A stretch of DNA of 64,000 nucleotides from the human T2T-CHM13v2.0 reference genome, Homo sapiens. Below are positions 11,235 through 24,334 of the stretch, in pieces. The notes beneath the pieces are model-generated. The model had not been told where the DNA came from. It made no database searches and saw nothing but the letters and a program-made list of their open reading frames with translations. The translations under genes were made by a program, and so were the position numbers. Positions within the stretch are counted from its first letter, which is position 1; each line of letters opens with the position of its first letter. The stretch is taken from the NCBI RefSeq assembly GCF_009914755.1, contig NC_060933.1; one strand, 5' to 3'.

Positions 11235-13957
11235 TTTCGTTGGACACGGGATATCTTCATATAAAATCTAGACAGAAGCATTCTCAGAAACTTCTTTGTG
11301 CTGTATGTCCTCAATTAACAGAGTTGAACCTTTGTGTGGATACAGCATTTTGGAAACATTCCTTTAGTAGAATCTGCAAGTTGATATTTAGATAGCTAGG
11401 AAGATTTCCTTGGAAACGGGAATATCTTCATATAAAATCTAGACGGAAGCATTCTCAGAAAGTGCTTTGTGATGTTTACATTCAAGTCACAGAGTTGAAT
11501 ATTCCCTTTTATAGAGCAGGTTTGAAACACTCTTTCTGCACTACCTGGAAGTGGACGTTTGGAGCGCTTTGACGCCTATGTTGAAAAAGGAAATATCTTC
11601 CCATAAAAACTAGACAGAAGCATTCTCAGAAACTTGTTTGTGATGTGTGTATTCAACTAACAAAGATGAACCTTTCTTTTTACAGAGCAGTTTTGAAACA
11701 CTCTTTTTGTGGAATCTGAAAGTGGATATTTGGATAGCTTTGAGGATTTCGTTGGAAACGGGATTACATATAAAATCTAGAGAGAAGCATTCTCAGGAAC
11801 TTCTTTGTGATGTTTGCATTCAAGTCACAGAACTGAACATTCCCTTTCATAGAGCAGGTTTGAAACACTCTTTCTGTAGTATCTGCAAGCTGACGTTTCA
11901 AGCGCTTTCAGGCCTATGGTGAGAAAGGAAATATCTTCAAGTAAAAACTAGACAGAAGCATTCTCAGAAACTTATTTGCCATGTGTGTTCTCAACTAACA
12001 GAGTTGAACCTTTGTTTTGATACGGCATTTTGGAAACACTCTTTTTGTAGAATCTGCAGGTGGATATTCGGATAGCTTTGAAGGTTTCGTTGGAAACGGG
12101 AATATCTTCATATAAAATCTAGACGGAAGCATTCTCAGAAACTGCTTTGTGATGTTTTCATTCAAGTCACAGAGTAGAATGTTCCCTGTTATATACCAGG
12201 TTTGAGACACTCTTTGTGCACTACCTGGAAGTGGACATTTGCAGCGCTTTGAGGCCTATGATGAAAAAGGAAATATCTTCCCATAAAAACTAGACAGAAG
12301 CATTCTGAGAAACTTGTTTGTGATGTGTGTATTCAACTAACAGAGATGAACCTTTCTTTTTACAGAGCAGTTTTGAAACACTCTTTTTGTGGAATCTGAA
12401 AGTGGATATTTGGATAGCTTTGAGGATTTCGTTGGAAACGGGATTACATATAAAATCTAGAGAGAAGCATTCTCAGGAACTTCTTTGTGATGTTTGCATT
12501 CACGTCACAGAACTGAACATCCCCTTTCATAGAGCATGTTTGAAACACTCTTTCTGTAGTATCTGCAAACGGACATTTCAAACGCTTTCAGGCCTATGGT
12601 GAGAAAGGAAATATCTTCAAATAAAAACTAGACAGAAGCATTCTCAGAAACTTATTTGCGATGTGTGTCCTCAACTAACAGAGTTGAACCTTTCTTTTGA
12701 TACAACATTTTGGAAACACTCTTTTTGTAGAATCTGCAAGTGGATATTTGAATAGCTTTGAAGGTTTCGTTGGAAACGGGAATATCTTCAAATAAAAACT
12801 AGACAGAAGCATTCTCAGAAACTTATTTGCGATGTGTGTCCTCAACTAACAGAGTTGAACCTTTCTTTTGATACAACATTTTGGAAACACTCTTTTTGTA
12901 GAATCTGCAAGTGGATATTTGAATAGCTTTGAAGGTTTCGTTGGAAACGGGAATATCTTCATATAAAATCAAGACAGAAGCATTCTCAGAAACTTCTCTG
13001 TGATGTTTGCATTCAACTCATAGAGTTGAACACTTCCCTTCATACAGCAGGTTTGAAACACTCTTTTTGTAATATTTGGAAGTGGACATTTGCAGCGCTT
13101 TGAGGCCTATGATGAAAAAGGTAATATCTTCCCATAAAAACTAGACAGAAGCATTCTCAGAAACTTGTTTGTGATGTGTGTATTCAACTAACAGAGATGA
13201 ACCTTTCTTTTTACAGAGCAGTTTTGAAACACTCTTTTTGTGGAATCTGAAAGTGGATATTTGGATAGCTTTGCGGATTTCGTTGGAAACGGGATTACAT
13301 ATAAAATCTAGGGAGAAGCATTCTCAGGAACTTCTTTGTGATGTTTGCATTCAAGTCACAGAACTGAACATTCCCTTTCCTAGAGCAGGTTTGAAACACT
13401 CTTTCTGTAGTATCTGCAAGCGGACGTTTTAAGCGCTTTCAGGCCTGTGGTGAGAAAGGAAATATCTTCAAATAAAAACTAGACAGAAGCATTCTCAGAA
13501 ACTTATTTGCGATGTGTGTCCTCAACTAACAGAGTTGAACCTTTCTTTTGATACAACATTTTGGAAACACTCTTTTTGTAGAATCTGCAAGTGGATATTT
13601 GGATAGCTTTGAAGGTTTCGTTGGAAACGGGAATATCTTCATATGAAATCAAGACAGAAGCATTCTCAGAAACTTCTCTGTGATGTTTGCATTCAACTCA
13701 TAGAGTTGAACACTTCCCTTCATACAGCAGGTTTGAAACACTCTTTTTCTAATATTTGGAAGTGGACATTTGCAGCGCTTTGAGGCCTATGTTGAAAAAG
13801 GAAATATCTTCTCCTAAAAACCAGACAGAAGCATTCTCAGAAACTTCCTTGTGATGTGTGTACTCAAGTAACAGAGTTGAACCTTCCTTTTGACGGAGCA
13901 GTTTTGAAGCACTCTTTTTGTAGAATCTGCAAGTGGATATTTTGATACCTTTGAGGA
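11235..13957 (+). repeat. 16-mer HOR (2723 bp): 15-mer plus one duplicated monomer
   Basis: Marker spacing; an 851-bp step between the ORFs at 12327 and 13178. Confidence 0.85.
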
Positions 13958-16509
13958 TTTCGTTGGACACGGGATATCTTCATATAAAATCTAGACAGAA
14001 GCATTCTCAGAAACTTCTTTGTGCTGTATGTCCTCAATTAACAGAGTTGAACCTTTGTGTGGATACAGCATTTTGGAAACATTCCTTTAGTAGAATCTGC
14101 AAGTTGATATTTAGATAGCTAGGAAGATTTCCTTGGAAACGGGAATATCTTCATATAAAATCTAGACGGAAGCATTCTCAGAAAGTGCTTTGTGATGTTT
14201 GCATTCAAGTCACAGAGTTGAATATTCCCTTTTATAGAGCAGGTTTGAAACATTCTTTCTGCACTACCTGGAAGTGGACATTTGGAGCGCTTTGAGGCCT
14301 ATGTTGAAAAAGGAAATATCTTCCCATAAAAACTAGACAGAAGCATTCTCAGAAACTTGTTTGTGATGTGTGTATTCAACTAACAGAGATGAACCTTTCT
14401 TTTTACAGAGCAGTTTTGAAACACTCTTTTTGTGGAATCTGAAAGTGGATATTTGGATAGCTTTGAGGATTTCGTTGGAAACGGGATTACATATAAAACC
14501 TAGAGAGAAGCATTCTCAGGAACTTCTCTTTGATGTTTGCCTTCAAGTCACAGGACTGAACATTCCCTTTCATAGAGCAGGTTTGAAACACTCTTTCTGT
14601 AGTATCTGCAAGCTGACGTTTCAAGCGCTTTCAGGCCTATGGTGAGAAAGGAAATATCTTCAAGTAAAAACTAGACAGAAGCATTCTCAGAAACTTATTT
14701 GCCATGTGTGTTCTCAACTAACAGAGTTGAACCTTTGTTTTGATACGGCATTTTGGAAACACTCTTTTTGTAGAATCTGCAGGTGGATATTCGGATAGCT
14801 TTGAAGGTTTCGTTGGAAACGGGAATATCTTCATATAAAATCTAGACGGAAGCATTCTCAGAAACTGCTTTGTGATGTTTTCATTCACGTCACAGAGTAG
14901 AATGTTCCCTGTTATATACCAGGTTTGAGACACTCTTTCTGCACTACCTGGAAGTGGACGTTTGGAGCGCTTTGACGCCTATGTTGAAAAAGGAAATATC
15001 TTCCCATAAAAACTAGACAGAAGCATTCTCAGAAACTTGTTTGTGATGTGTGTATTCAACTAACAGAGATGAACCTTTCTTTTTACAGAGCAGTTTTGAA
15101 ACACTCTTTTTGTGGAATCTGAAAGTGGATATTTGGATAGCTTTGAGGATTTCGTTGGAAACGGGATTACGTATAAAATCTAGAGAGAAGCATTCTCAGG
15201 AACTTCTTTGTGATGTTTGCATTCAAGTCACAGAACTGAACATTCCCTTTCATAGAGCAGGTTTGAAACACTCTTTCTGTAGTATCTGCAAGCTGACGTT
15301 TCAAGCGCTTTCAGGCCTATGGTGAGAAAGGAAATATCTTCAAGTAAAAACTAGACAGAAGCATTCTCAGAAACTTATTTGCGATGTGTGTTCTCAACTA
15401 ACAGAGTTGAACCTTTGTTTTGATACGGCATTTTGGAAACACTCTTTTTGTAGAATCTGCAGGTGGATATTCGGATAGCTTTGAAGGTTTCGTTTGAAAC
15501 GGGAATATCTTCATATAAAATCTAGACGGAAGCATTCTCAGAAACTGCTTTGTGATGTTTTCATTCAAGTCACAGAGTAGAATGTTCCCTGTTATATACC
15601 AGGTTTGAGACACTCTTTCTGCACTACCTGGAAGTGGACATTTGCAGCGCTTTGAGGCCTATGATGAAAAAGGAAATATCTTCCCATAAAAACTAGACAG
15701 AAGCATTCTGAGAAACTTGTTTGTGATGTGTGTATTCAACTAACAGAGATGAACCTTTCTTTTTACAGAGCAGTTTTGAAACACTCTTTTTGTGGAATCT
15801 GAAAGTGGATATTTGGATAGCTTTGAGGATTTCGTTGGAAACGGGATTACATATAAAATCTAGAGAGAAGCATTCTCAGGAACTTCTTTGTGATGTTTGC
15901 ATTCACGTCACAGAACTGAACATTCCCTTTCATAGAGCATGTTTGAAACACTCTTTCTGTAGTATCTGCAAACGGACATTTCAAACGCTTTCAGGCCTAT
16001 GGTGAGAAAGGAAATATCTTCAAATAAAAACTAGACAGAAGCATTCTCAGAAACTTATTTGCGATGTGTGTCCTCAACTAACAGAGTTGAACCTTTCTTT
16101 TGATACAACATTTTGGAAACACTCTTTTTGTAGAATCTGCAAGTGGATATTTGGATAGCTTTGAAGGTTTCGTTGGAAACGGGAATATCTTCATATGAAA
16201 TCAAGACAGAAGCATTCTCAGAAACTTCTCTGTGATGTTTGCATTCAACTCATAGAGTTGAACACTTCCCTTCATACAGCAGGTTTGAAACACTCTTTTT
16301 CTAATATTTGGAAGTGGACATTTGCAGCGCTTTGAGGCCTATGTTGAAAAAGGAAATATCTTCTCCTAAAAACCAGACAGAAGCATTCTCAGAAACTTCC
16401 TTGTGATGTGTGTACTCAAGTAACAGAGTTGAACCTTCCTTTTGACAGAGCAGTTTTGAAGCACTCTTTTTGTAGAATCTGCAAGTGGATATTTTGATAC
16501 CTTTGAGGA
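13958..16509 (+). repeat. 15-mer HOR (2552 bp), A-A'-B/C type
   Basis: Marker spacing and tetramer-diagnostic variants. Confidence 0.85.
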
Positions 16510-19500
16510 TTTCGTTGGACACGGGATATCTTCATATAAAATCTAGACAGAAGCATTCTCAGAAACTTCTTTGTGCTGTATGTCCTCAATTAACAGAGTT
16601 GAACCTTTGTGTGGATACAGCATTTTGGAAACATTCCTTTAGTAGAATCTGCAAGTTGATATTTAGATAGCTAGGAAGATTTCCTTGCAAACGGGAATAT
16701 CTTCATATAAAATCTAGACGGAAGCATTCTCAGAAAGTGCTTTGTGATGTTTGCATTCAAGTCACAGAGTTGAATATTCCCTTTTATAGAGCGGGTTTGA
16801 AACACTCTTTCTGCACTACCTGGAAGTGGACATTTGGAGCTCTTTGAGGCCTATGTTGAAAAAGGAAATATCTTCCCATAAAAACTAGACAGAAGCATTC
16901 TCAGAAACCTGTTTGTGATGTGTGTATTCAACTAACAGAGATGAACCTTTCTTTTTACAGAGCAGTTTTGAAACACTCTTTTTGTGGAATCTGAAAGTGG
17001 ATATTTGGATAGATTTGAGGATTTCGTTGGAAACGGGATTACATAAAAAACCTAGAGGGAAGCATTCTCAGGAACTTCTTTTTGATGTTTGCCTTCAAGT
17101 CACAGGACTGAACATTCCCTTTCATAGAGCAGGTTTGAAACACTCTTTCTGTAGTATCTGCAAGCTGACGTTTCAAGCGCTTTCAGGCCTATGGTGAGAA
17201 AGGAAATATCTTCAAGTAAAAACTAGACAGAAGCATTCTCAGAAACTTATTTGCCATGTGTGTTCTCAACTAACAGAGTTGAACCTTTGTTTTGATACGG
17301 CATTTTGGAAACACTCTTTTTGTAGAATCTGCAGGTGGATATTCGGATAGCTTTTTAAGGTTTCGTTGGAAACGGGAATATCTTCATATAAAATCTAGAC
17401 GGAAGCATTCTCAGAAACTGCTTTGTGATGTTTGCATTCAAGTCACAGAGTAGAATGTTCCCTGTTATATACCAGGTTTGAGACACTCTTTCTGCACTAC
17501 CTGGAAGTGGACGTTTGGAGCGCTTTGAGGCCTATGTTGAAAAAGGAAATATCTTCGCATAAAAACTAGACAGAAGCATTCTCAGAAACTTGTTTGTGAT
17601 GTGTGTATTCAACTAACAGAGATGAACCTTTCTTTTTACAGGGCAGTTTTGAAACACTCTTTTTGTGGAATCTGAAAGTGGATATTTGGATAGCTTTGAG
17701 GATTTCGTTGGAAACGGGATTACATATAAAACCTAGAGAGAAGCATTCTCAGGAACTTCTTTGTGATGTTTGCATTCAAGTCACAGAACTGAACATTCCC
17801 TTTCATAGAGCAGGTTTGAAACACTCTTTCTGTAGTATCTGCAAACGGACATTTCAAGCGCTTTCAGGCCTATGGTGAGAAAGGAAATATCTTCAAGTAA
17901 AAACTAGACAGAAGCATTCTCAGAAACTTACTTGCGATGTGTGTTCTCAACTAACAGAGTTGAACCTTTGTTTTGATATGGCATTTTGGAAACACTCTTT
18001 TTGTAGAATCTGCAGGTGGATATTCGGATAGCTTTGAAGGTTTCGTTGGAAACGGGAATATCTTCATATAAAATCTAGACGGAAGCATTCTCAGAAACTG
18101 CTTTGTGATGTTTTCATTCAAGTCACAGAGTAGAATGTTCCCTGTTATATACCAGGTTTGAGACACTCTTTCTGCACTACCTGGAAGTGGACATTTGCAG
18201 CGCTTTGAGGCCTATGATGAAAAAGGAAATATCTTCCCATAAAAACTAGACAGAAGCATTCTCAGAAACTTGTTTGTGATGTGTGTATTCAACTAACAGA
18301 GATGAACCTTTCTTTTTACAGAGCAGTTTTGAAACACTCTTTTTGTGGAATCTGAAAGTGGATATTTGGATAGCTTTGAGGATTTCGTTGGAAACGGGAT
18401 TACATATAAAATCTAGAGAGAAGCATTCTCAGGAACTACTTTGTGATGTTTGCATTCACGTCACAGAACTGAACATTCCCTTTCATAGAGCATGTTTGAA
18501 ACACTCTTTCTGTAGTATCTGCAAACGGACATTTCAAACGCTTTCAGGCCTGTGGTGAGAAAGGAAATATCTTCAAATAAAAACTAGACAGAAGCATTCT
18601 CAGAAACTTATTTGCGATGTGTGTCCTCAACTAACAGAGTTGAACCTTTCTTTTGATACAACATTTTGGAAACACTCTTTTTGTAGAATCTGCAAGTGGA
18701 TATTTGAATAGCTTTGAAGGTTTCGTTGGAAACGGGAATATCTTCATATAAAATCAAGACAGAAGCATTCTCAGAAACTTCTCTGTGATGTTTGCATTCA
18801 ACTCATAGAGTTGAACACTTCCCTTCATACAGCAGGTTTGAAACACTCTTTTTGTAATATTTGGAAGTGGACATTTGCAGCGCTTTGAGGCCTATGATGA
18901 AAAAGGAAATATCTTCCCATAAAAACTAGACAGAAGCATTCTCAGAAACTTGTTTGTGATGTGTGTATTCAACTAACAGAGATGAACCTTTCTTTTTACA
19001 GAGCAGTTTTGAAACACTCTTTTTGTGGAATCTGAAAGTGGATATTTGGATAGATTTGAGGATTTCGTTGGAAACGGGATTACATATAAAACCTAGAGAG
19101 AAGTATTCTCAGGAACTTCTTTTTGATGTTTGCCTTCAAGTCACAGGACTGAACATTCCCTTTCATAGAGCAGGTTTGAAACACTCTTTCTGTAGTATCT
19201 GCAAGCTGACGTTTCAAGCGCCTTCAGGCCTATGGTGAGAAAGGAAATATCTTCAAGTAAAAACTAGACAGAAGCATTCTCAGAAACTTATTTGCCATGT
19301 GTGTTCTCAACTAACAGAGTTGAACCTTTGTTTTGATACGGCATTTTGGAAACACTCTTTTTGTAGAATCTGCAGGTGGATATTCGGATAGCTTTGAAGG
19401 TTTCGTTGGAAACGGGAATATCTTCATATAAAATCTAGACGGAAGCATTCTCAGAAACTGCTTTGTGATGTTTGCATTCAAGTCACAGAGTAGAATGTTC

Positions 19501-21782
19501 CCTGTTATATACCAGGTTTGAGACACTCTTTCTGCACTACCTGGAAGTGGACGTTTGGAGCGCTTTGAGGCCTATGTTGAAAAAGGAAATATCTTCGCAT
19601 AAAAACTAGACAGAAGCATTCTCAGAAACTTGTTTGTGATGTGTGTATTCAACTAACAGAGATGAACCTTTCTTTTTACAGAGCAGTTTTGAAACACTCT
19701 TTTTGTGGAATCTGAAAGTGGATATTTGGATTGCTTTGAGGATTTCGTTGGAAACGGGATTACATATAAAACCTAGAGAGAAGCATTCTCAGGAACTTCT
19801 TTGTGATGTTTGCATTCAAGTCACAGAACTGAACATTCCCTTTCATAGAGCAGGTTTGAAACACTCTTTCTGTAGTATCTGCAAACGGACATTTCAAGCG
19901 CTTTCAGGCCTATGGTGAGAAAGGAAATATCTTCAAGTAAAAACTAGACAGAAGCATTCTCAGAAACTTATTTGCGATGTGTGTTCTCAACTAACAGAGT
20001 TGAACCTTTGTTTTGATATGGCATTTTGGAAACACTCTTTTTGTAGAATCTGCAGGTGGATATTCGGATAGCTTTGAAGGTTTCGTTGGAAACGGGAATA
20101 TCTTCATATAAAATCTAGACGGAAGCATTCTCAGAAACTGCTTTGTGATGTTTTCATTCAAGTCACAGAGTAGAATGTTCCCTGTTATATACCAGGTTTG
20201 AGACACTCTTTCTGCACTACCTGGAAGTGGACATTTGCAGCGCTTTGAGGCCTATGATGAAAAAGGAAATATCTTCCCATAAAAACTAGACAGAAGCATT
20301 CTGAGAAACTTGTTTGTGATGTGTGTATTCAACTAACAGAGATGAACCTTTCTTTTTACAGAGCAGTTTTGAAACACTCTTTTTGTGGAATCTGAAAGTG
20401 GATATTTGGATAGCTTTGAGGATTTCGTTGGAAACGGGATTACATATAAAATCTAGAGAGAAGCATTCTCAGGAACTTCTTTGTGATGTTTGCATTCACG
20501 TCACAGAACTGAACATCCCCTTTCATAGAGCATGTTTGAAACACTCTTTCTGTAGTATCTGCAAACGGACATTTCAAACGCTTTCAGGCCTATGGTGAGA
20601 AAGGAAATATCTTCAAATAAAAACTAGACAGAAGCATTCTCAGAAACTTATTTGCGATGTGTGTCCTCAACTAACAGAGTTGAACCTTTGTTTTGATACA
20701 ACATTTTGGAAACACTCTTTTTGTAGAATCTGCAAGTGGATATTTGAATAGCTTTGAAGGTTTCGTTGGAAACGGGAATATCTTCATATAAAATCAAGAC
20801 AGAAGCATTCTCAGAAACTTCTCTGTGATGTTTGCATTCAACTCATAGAGTTGAACACTTCCCTTCATACAGCAGGTTTGAAACACTCTTTTTGTAATAT
20901 TTGGAAGTGGACATTTGCAGCGCTTTGAGGCCTATGATGAAAAAGGTAATATCTTCCCATAAAAACTAGACAGAAGCATTCTCAGAAACTTGTTTGTGAT
21001 GTGTGTATTCAACTAACAGAGATGAACCTTTCTTTTTACAGAGCAGTTTTGAAACACTCTTTTTGTGGAATCTGAAAGTGGATATTTGGATAGCTTTGCG
21101 GATTTCGTTGGAAACGGGATTACATATAAAATCTAGGGAGAAGCATTCTCAGGAACTTCTTTGTGATGTTTGCATTCAAGTCACAGAACTGAACATTCCC
21201 TTTCCTAGAGCAGGTTTGAAACACTCTTTCTGTAGTATCTGCAAGCGGACGTTTTAAGCGCTTTCAGGCCTGTGGTGAGAAAGGAAATATCTTCAAATAA
21301 AAACTAGACAGAAGCATTCTCAGAAACTTATTTGCGATGTGTGTCCTCAACTAACAGAGTTGAACCTTTCTTTTGATACAACATTTTGGAAACACTCTTT
21401 TTGTAGAATCTGCAAGTGGATATTTGGATAGCTTTGAAGGTTTCGTTGGAAACGGGAATATCTTCATATGAAATCAAGACAGAAGCATTCTCAGAAACTT
21501 CTCTGTGATGTTTGCATTCAACTCATAGAGTTGAACACTTCCCTTCATACAGCAGGTTTGAAACACTCTTTTTCTAATATTTGGAAGTGGACATTTGCAG
21601 CGCTTTGAGGCCTATGTTGAAAAAGGAAATATCTTCTCCTAAAAACCAGACAGAAGCATTCTCAGAAACTTCCTTGTGATGTGTGTACTCAAGTAACAGA
21701 GTTGAACCTTCCTTTTGACGGAGCAGTTTTGAAGCACTCTTTTTGTAGAATCTGCAAGTGGATATTTTGATACCTTTGAGGA
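16510..21782 (+). repeat. 31-mer HOR (5273 bp)
   Basis: Marker spacing; seven tetramers. Confidence 0.85.
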
Positions 21783-24334
21783 TTTCGTTGGACACGGGAT
21801 ATCTTCATATAAAATCTAGACAGAAGCATTCTCAGAAACTTCTTTGTGCTGTATGTCCTCAATTAACAGAGTTGAACCTTTGTGTGGATACAGCATTTTG
21901 GAAACATTCCTTTAGTAGAATCTGCAAGTTGATATTTAGATAGCTAGGAAGATTTCCTTGGAAACGGGAATATCTTCATATAAAATCTAGACGGAAGCAT
22001 TCTCAGAAAGTGCTTTGTGATGTTTGCATTCAAGTCACAGAGTTGAATATTCCCTTTTATAGAGCAGGTTTGAAACATTCTTTCTGCACTACCTGGAAGT
22101 GGACATTTGGAGCGCTTTGAGGCCTATGTTGAAAAAGGAAATATCTTCCCATAAAAACTAGACAGAAGCATTCTCAGAAACTTGTTTGTGATGTGTGTAT
22201 TCAACTAACAGAGATGAACCTTTCTTTTTACAGAGCAGTTTTGAAACACTCTTTTTGTGGAATCTGAAAGTGGATATTTGGATAGCTTTGAGGATTTCGT
22301 TGGAAACGGGATTACATATAAAACCTAGAGAGAAGCATTCTCAGGAACTTCTCTTTGATGTTTGCCTTCAAGTCACAGGACTGAACATTCCCTTTCATAG
22401 AGCAGGTTTGAAACACTCTTTCTGTAGTATCTGCAAGCTGACGTTTCAAGCGCTTTCAGGCCTATGGTGAGAAAGGAAATATCTTCAAGTAAAAACTAGA
22501 CAGAAGCATTCTCAGAAACTTATTTGCCATGTGTGTTCTCAACTAACAGAGTTGAACCTTTGTTTTGATACGGCATTTTGGAAACACTCTTTTTGTAGAA
22601 TCTGCAGGTGGATATTCGGATAGCTTTGAAGGTTTCGTTGGAAACGGGAATATCTTCATATAAAATCTAGACGGAAGCATTCTCAGAAACTGCTTTGTGA
22701 TGTTTTCATTCACGTCACAGAGTAGAATGTTCCCTGTTATATACCAGGTTTGAGACACTCTTTCTGCACTACCTGGAAGTGGACGTTTGGAGCGCTTTGA
22801 CGCCTATGTTGAAAAAGGAAATATCTTCCCATAAAAACTAGACAGAAGCATTCTCAGAAACTTGTTTGTGATGTGTGTATTCAACTAACAGAGATGAACC
22901 TTTCTTTTTACAGAGCAGTTTTGAAACACTCTTTTTGTGGAATCTGAAAGTGGATATTTGGATAGCTTTGAGGATTTCGTTGGAAACGGGATTACGTATA
23001 AAATCTAGAGAGAAGCATTCTCAGGAACTTCTTTGTGATGTTTGCATTCAAGTCACAGAACTGAACATTCCCTTTCATAGAGCAGGTTTGAAACACTCTT
23101 TCTGTAGTATCTGCAAGCTGACGTTTCAAGCGCTTTCAGGCCTATGGTGAGAAAGGAAATATCTTCAAGTAAAAACTAGACAGAAGCATTCTCAGAAACT
23201 TATTTGCGATGTGTGTTCTCAACTAACAGAGTTGAACCTTTGTTTTGATACGGCATTTTGGAAACACTCTTTTTGTAGAATCTGCAGGTGGATATTCGGA
23301 TAGCTTTGAAGGTTTCGTTTGAAACGGGAATATCTTCATATAAAATCTAGACGGAAGCATTCTCAGAAACTGCTTTGTGATGTTTTCATTCAAGTCACAG
23401 AGTAGAATGTTCCCTGTTATATACCAGGTTTGAGACACTCTTTCTGCACTACCTGGAAGTGGACATTTGCAGCGCTTTGAGGCCTATGATGAAAAAGGAA
23501 ATATCTTCCCATAAAAACTAGACAGAAGCATTCTGAGAAACTTGTTTGTGATGTGTGTATTCAACTAACAGAGATGAACCTTTCTTTTTACAGAGCAGTT
23601 TTGAAACACTCTTTTTGTGGAATCTGAAAGTGGATATTTGGATAGCTTTGAGGATTTCGTTGGAAACGGGATTACATATAAAATCTAGAGAGAAGCATTC
23701 TCAGGAACTTCTTTGTGATGTTTGCATTCACGTCACAGAACTGAACATTCCCTTTCATAGAGCATGTTTGAAACACTCTTTCTGTAGTATCTGCAAACGG
23801 ACATTTCAAACGCTTTCAGGCCTATGGTGAGAAAGGAAATATCTTCAAATAAAAACTAGACAGAAGCATTCTCAGAAACTTATTTGCGATGTGTGTCCTC
23901 AACTAACAGAGTTGAACCTTTCTTTTGATACAACATTTTGGAAACACTCTTTTTGTAGAATCTGCAAGTGGATATTTGGATAGCTTTGAAGGTTTCGTTG
24001 GAAACGGGAATATCTTCATATGAAATCAAGACAGAAGCATTCTCAGAAACTTCTCTGTGATGTTTGCATTCAACTCATAGAGTTGAACACTTCCCTTCAT
24101 ACAGCAGGTTTGAAACACTCTTTTTCTAATATTTGGAAGTGGACATTTGCAGCGCTTTGAGGCCTATGTTGAAAAAGGAAATATCTTCTCCTAAAAACCA
24201 GACAGAAGCATTCTCAGAAACTTCCTTGTGATGTGTGTACTCAAGTAACAGAGTTGAACCTTCCTTTTGACAGAGCAGTTTTGAAGCACTCTTTTTGTAG
24301 AATCTGCAAGTGGATATTTTGATACCTTTGAGGA
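21783..24334 (+). repeat. 15-mer HOR (2552 bp), duplicate of 13958-16509
   Basis: Shared private variants at an offset of 7825. Confidence 0.85.
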
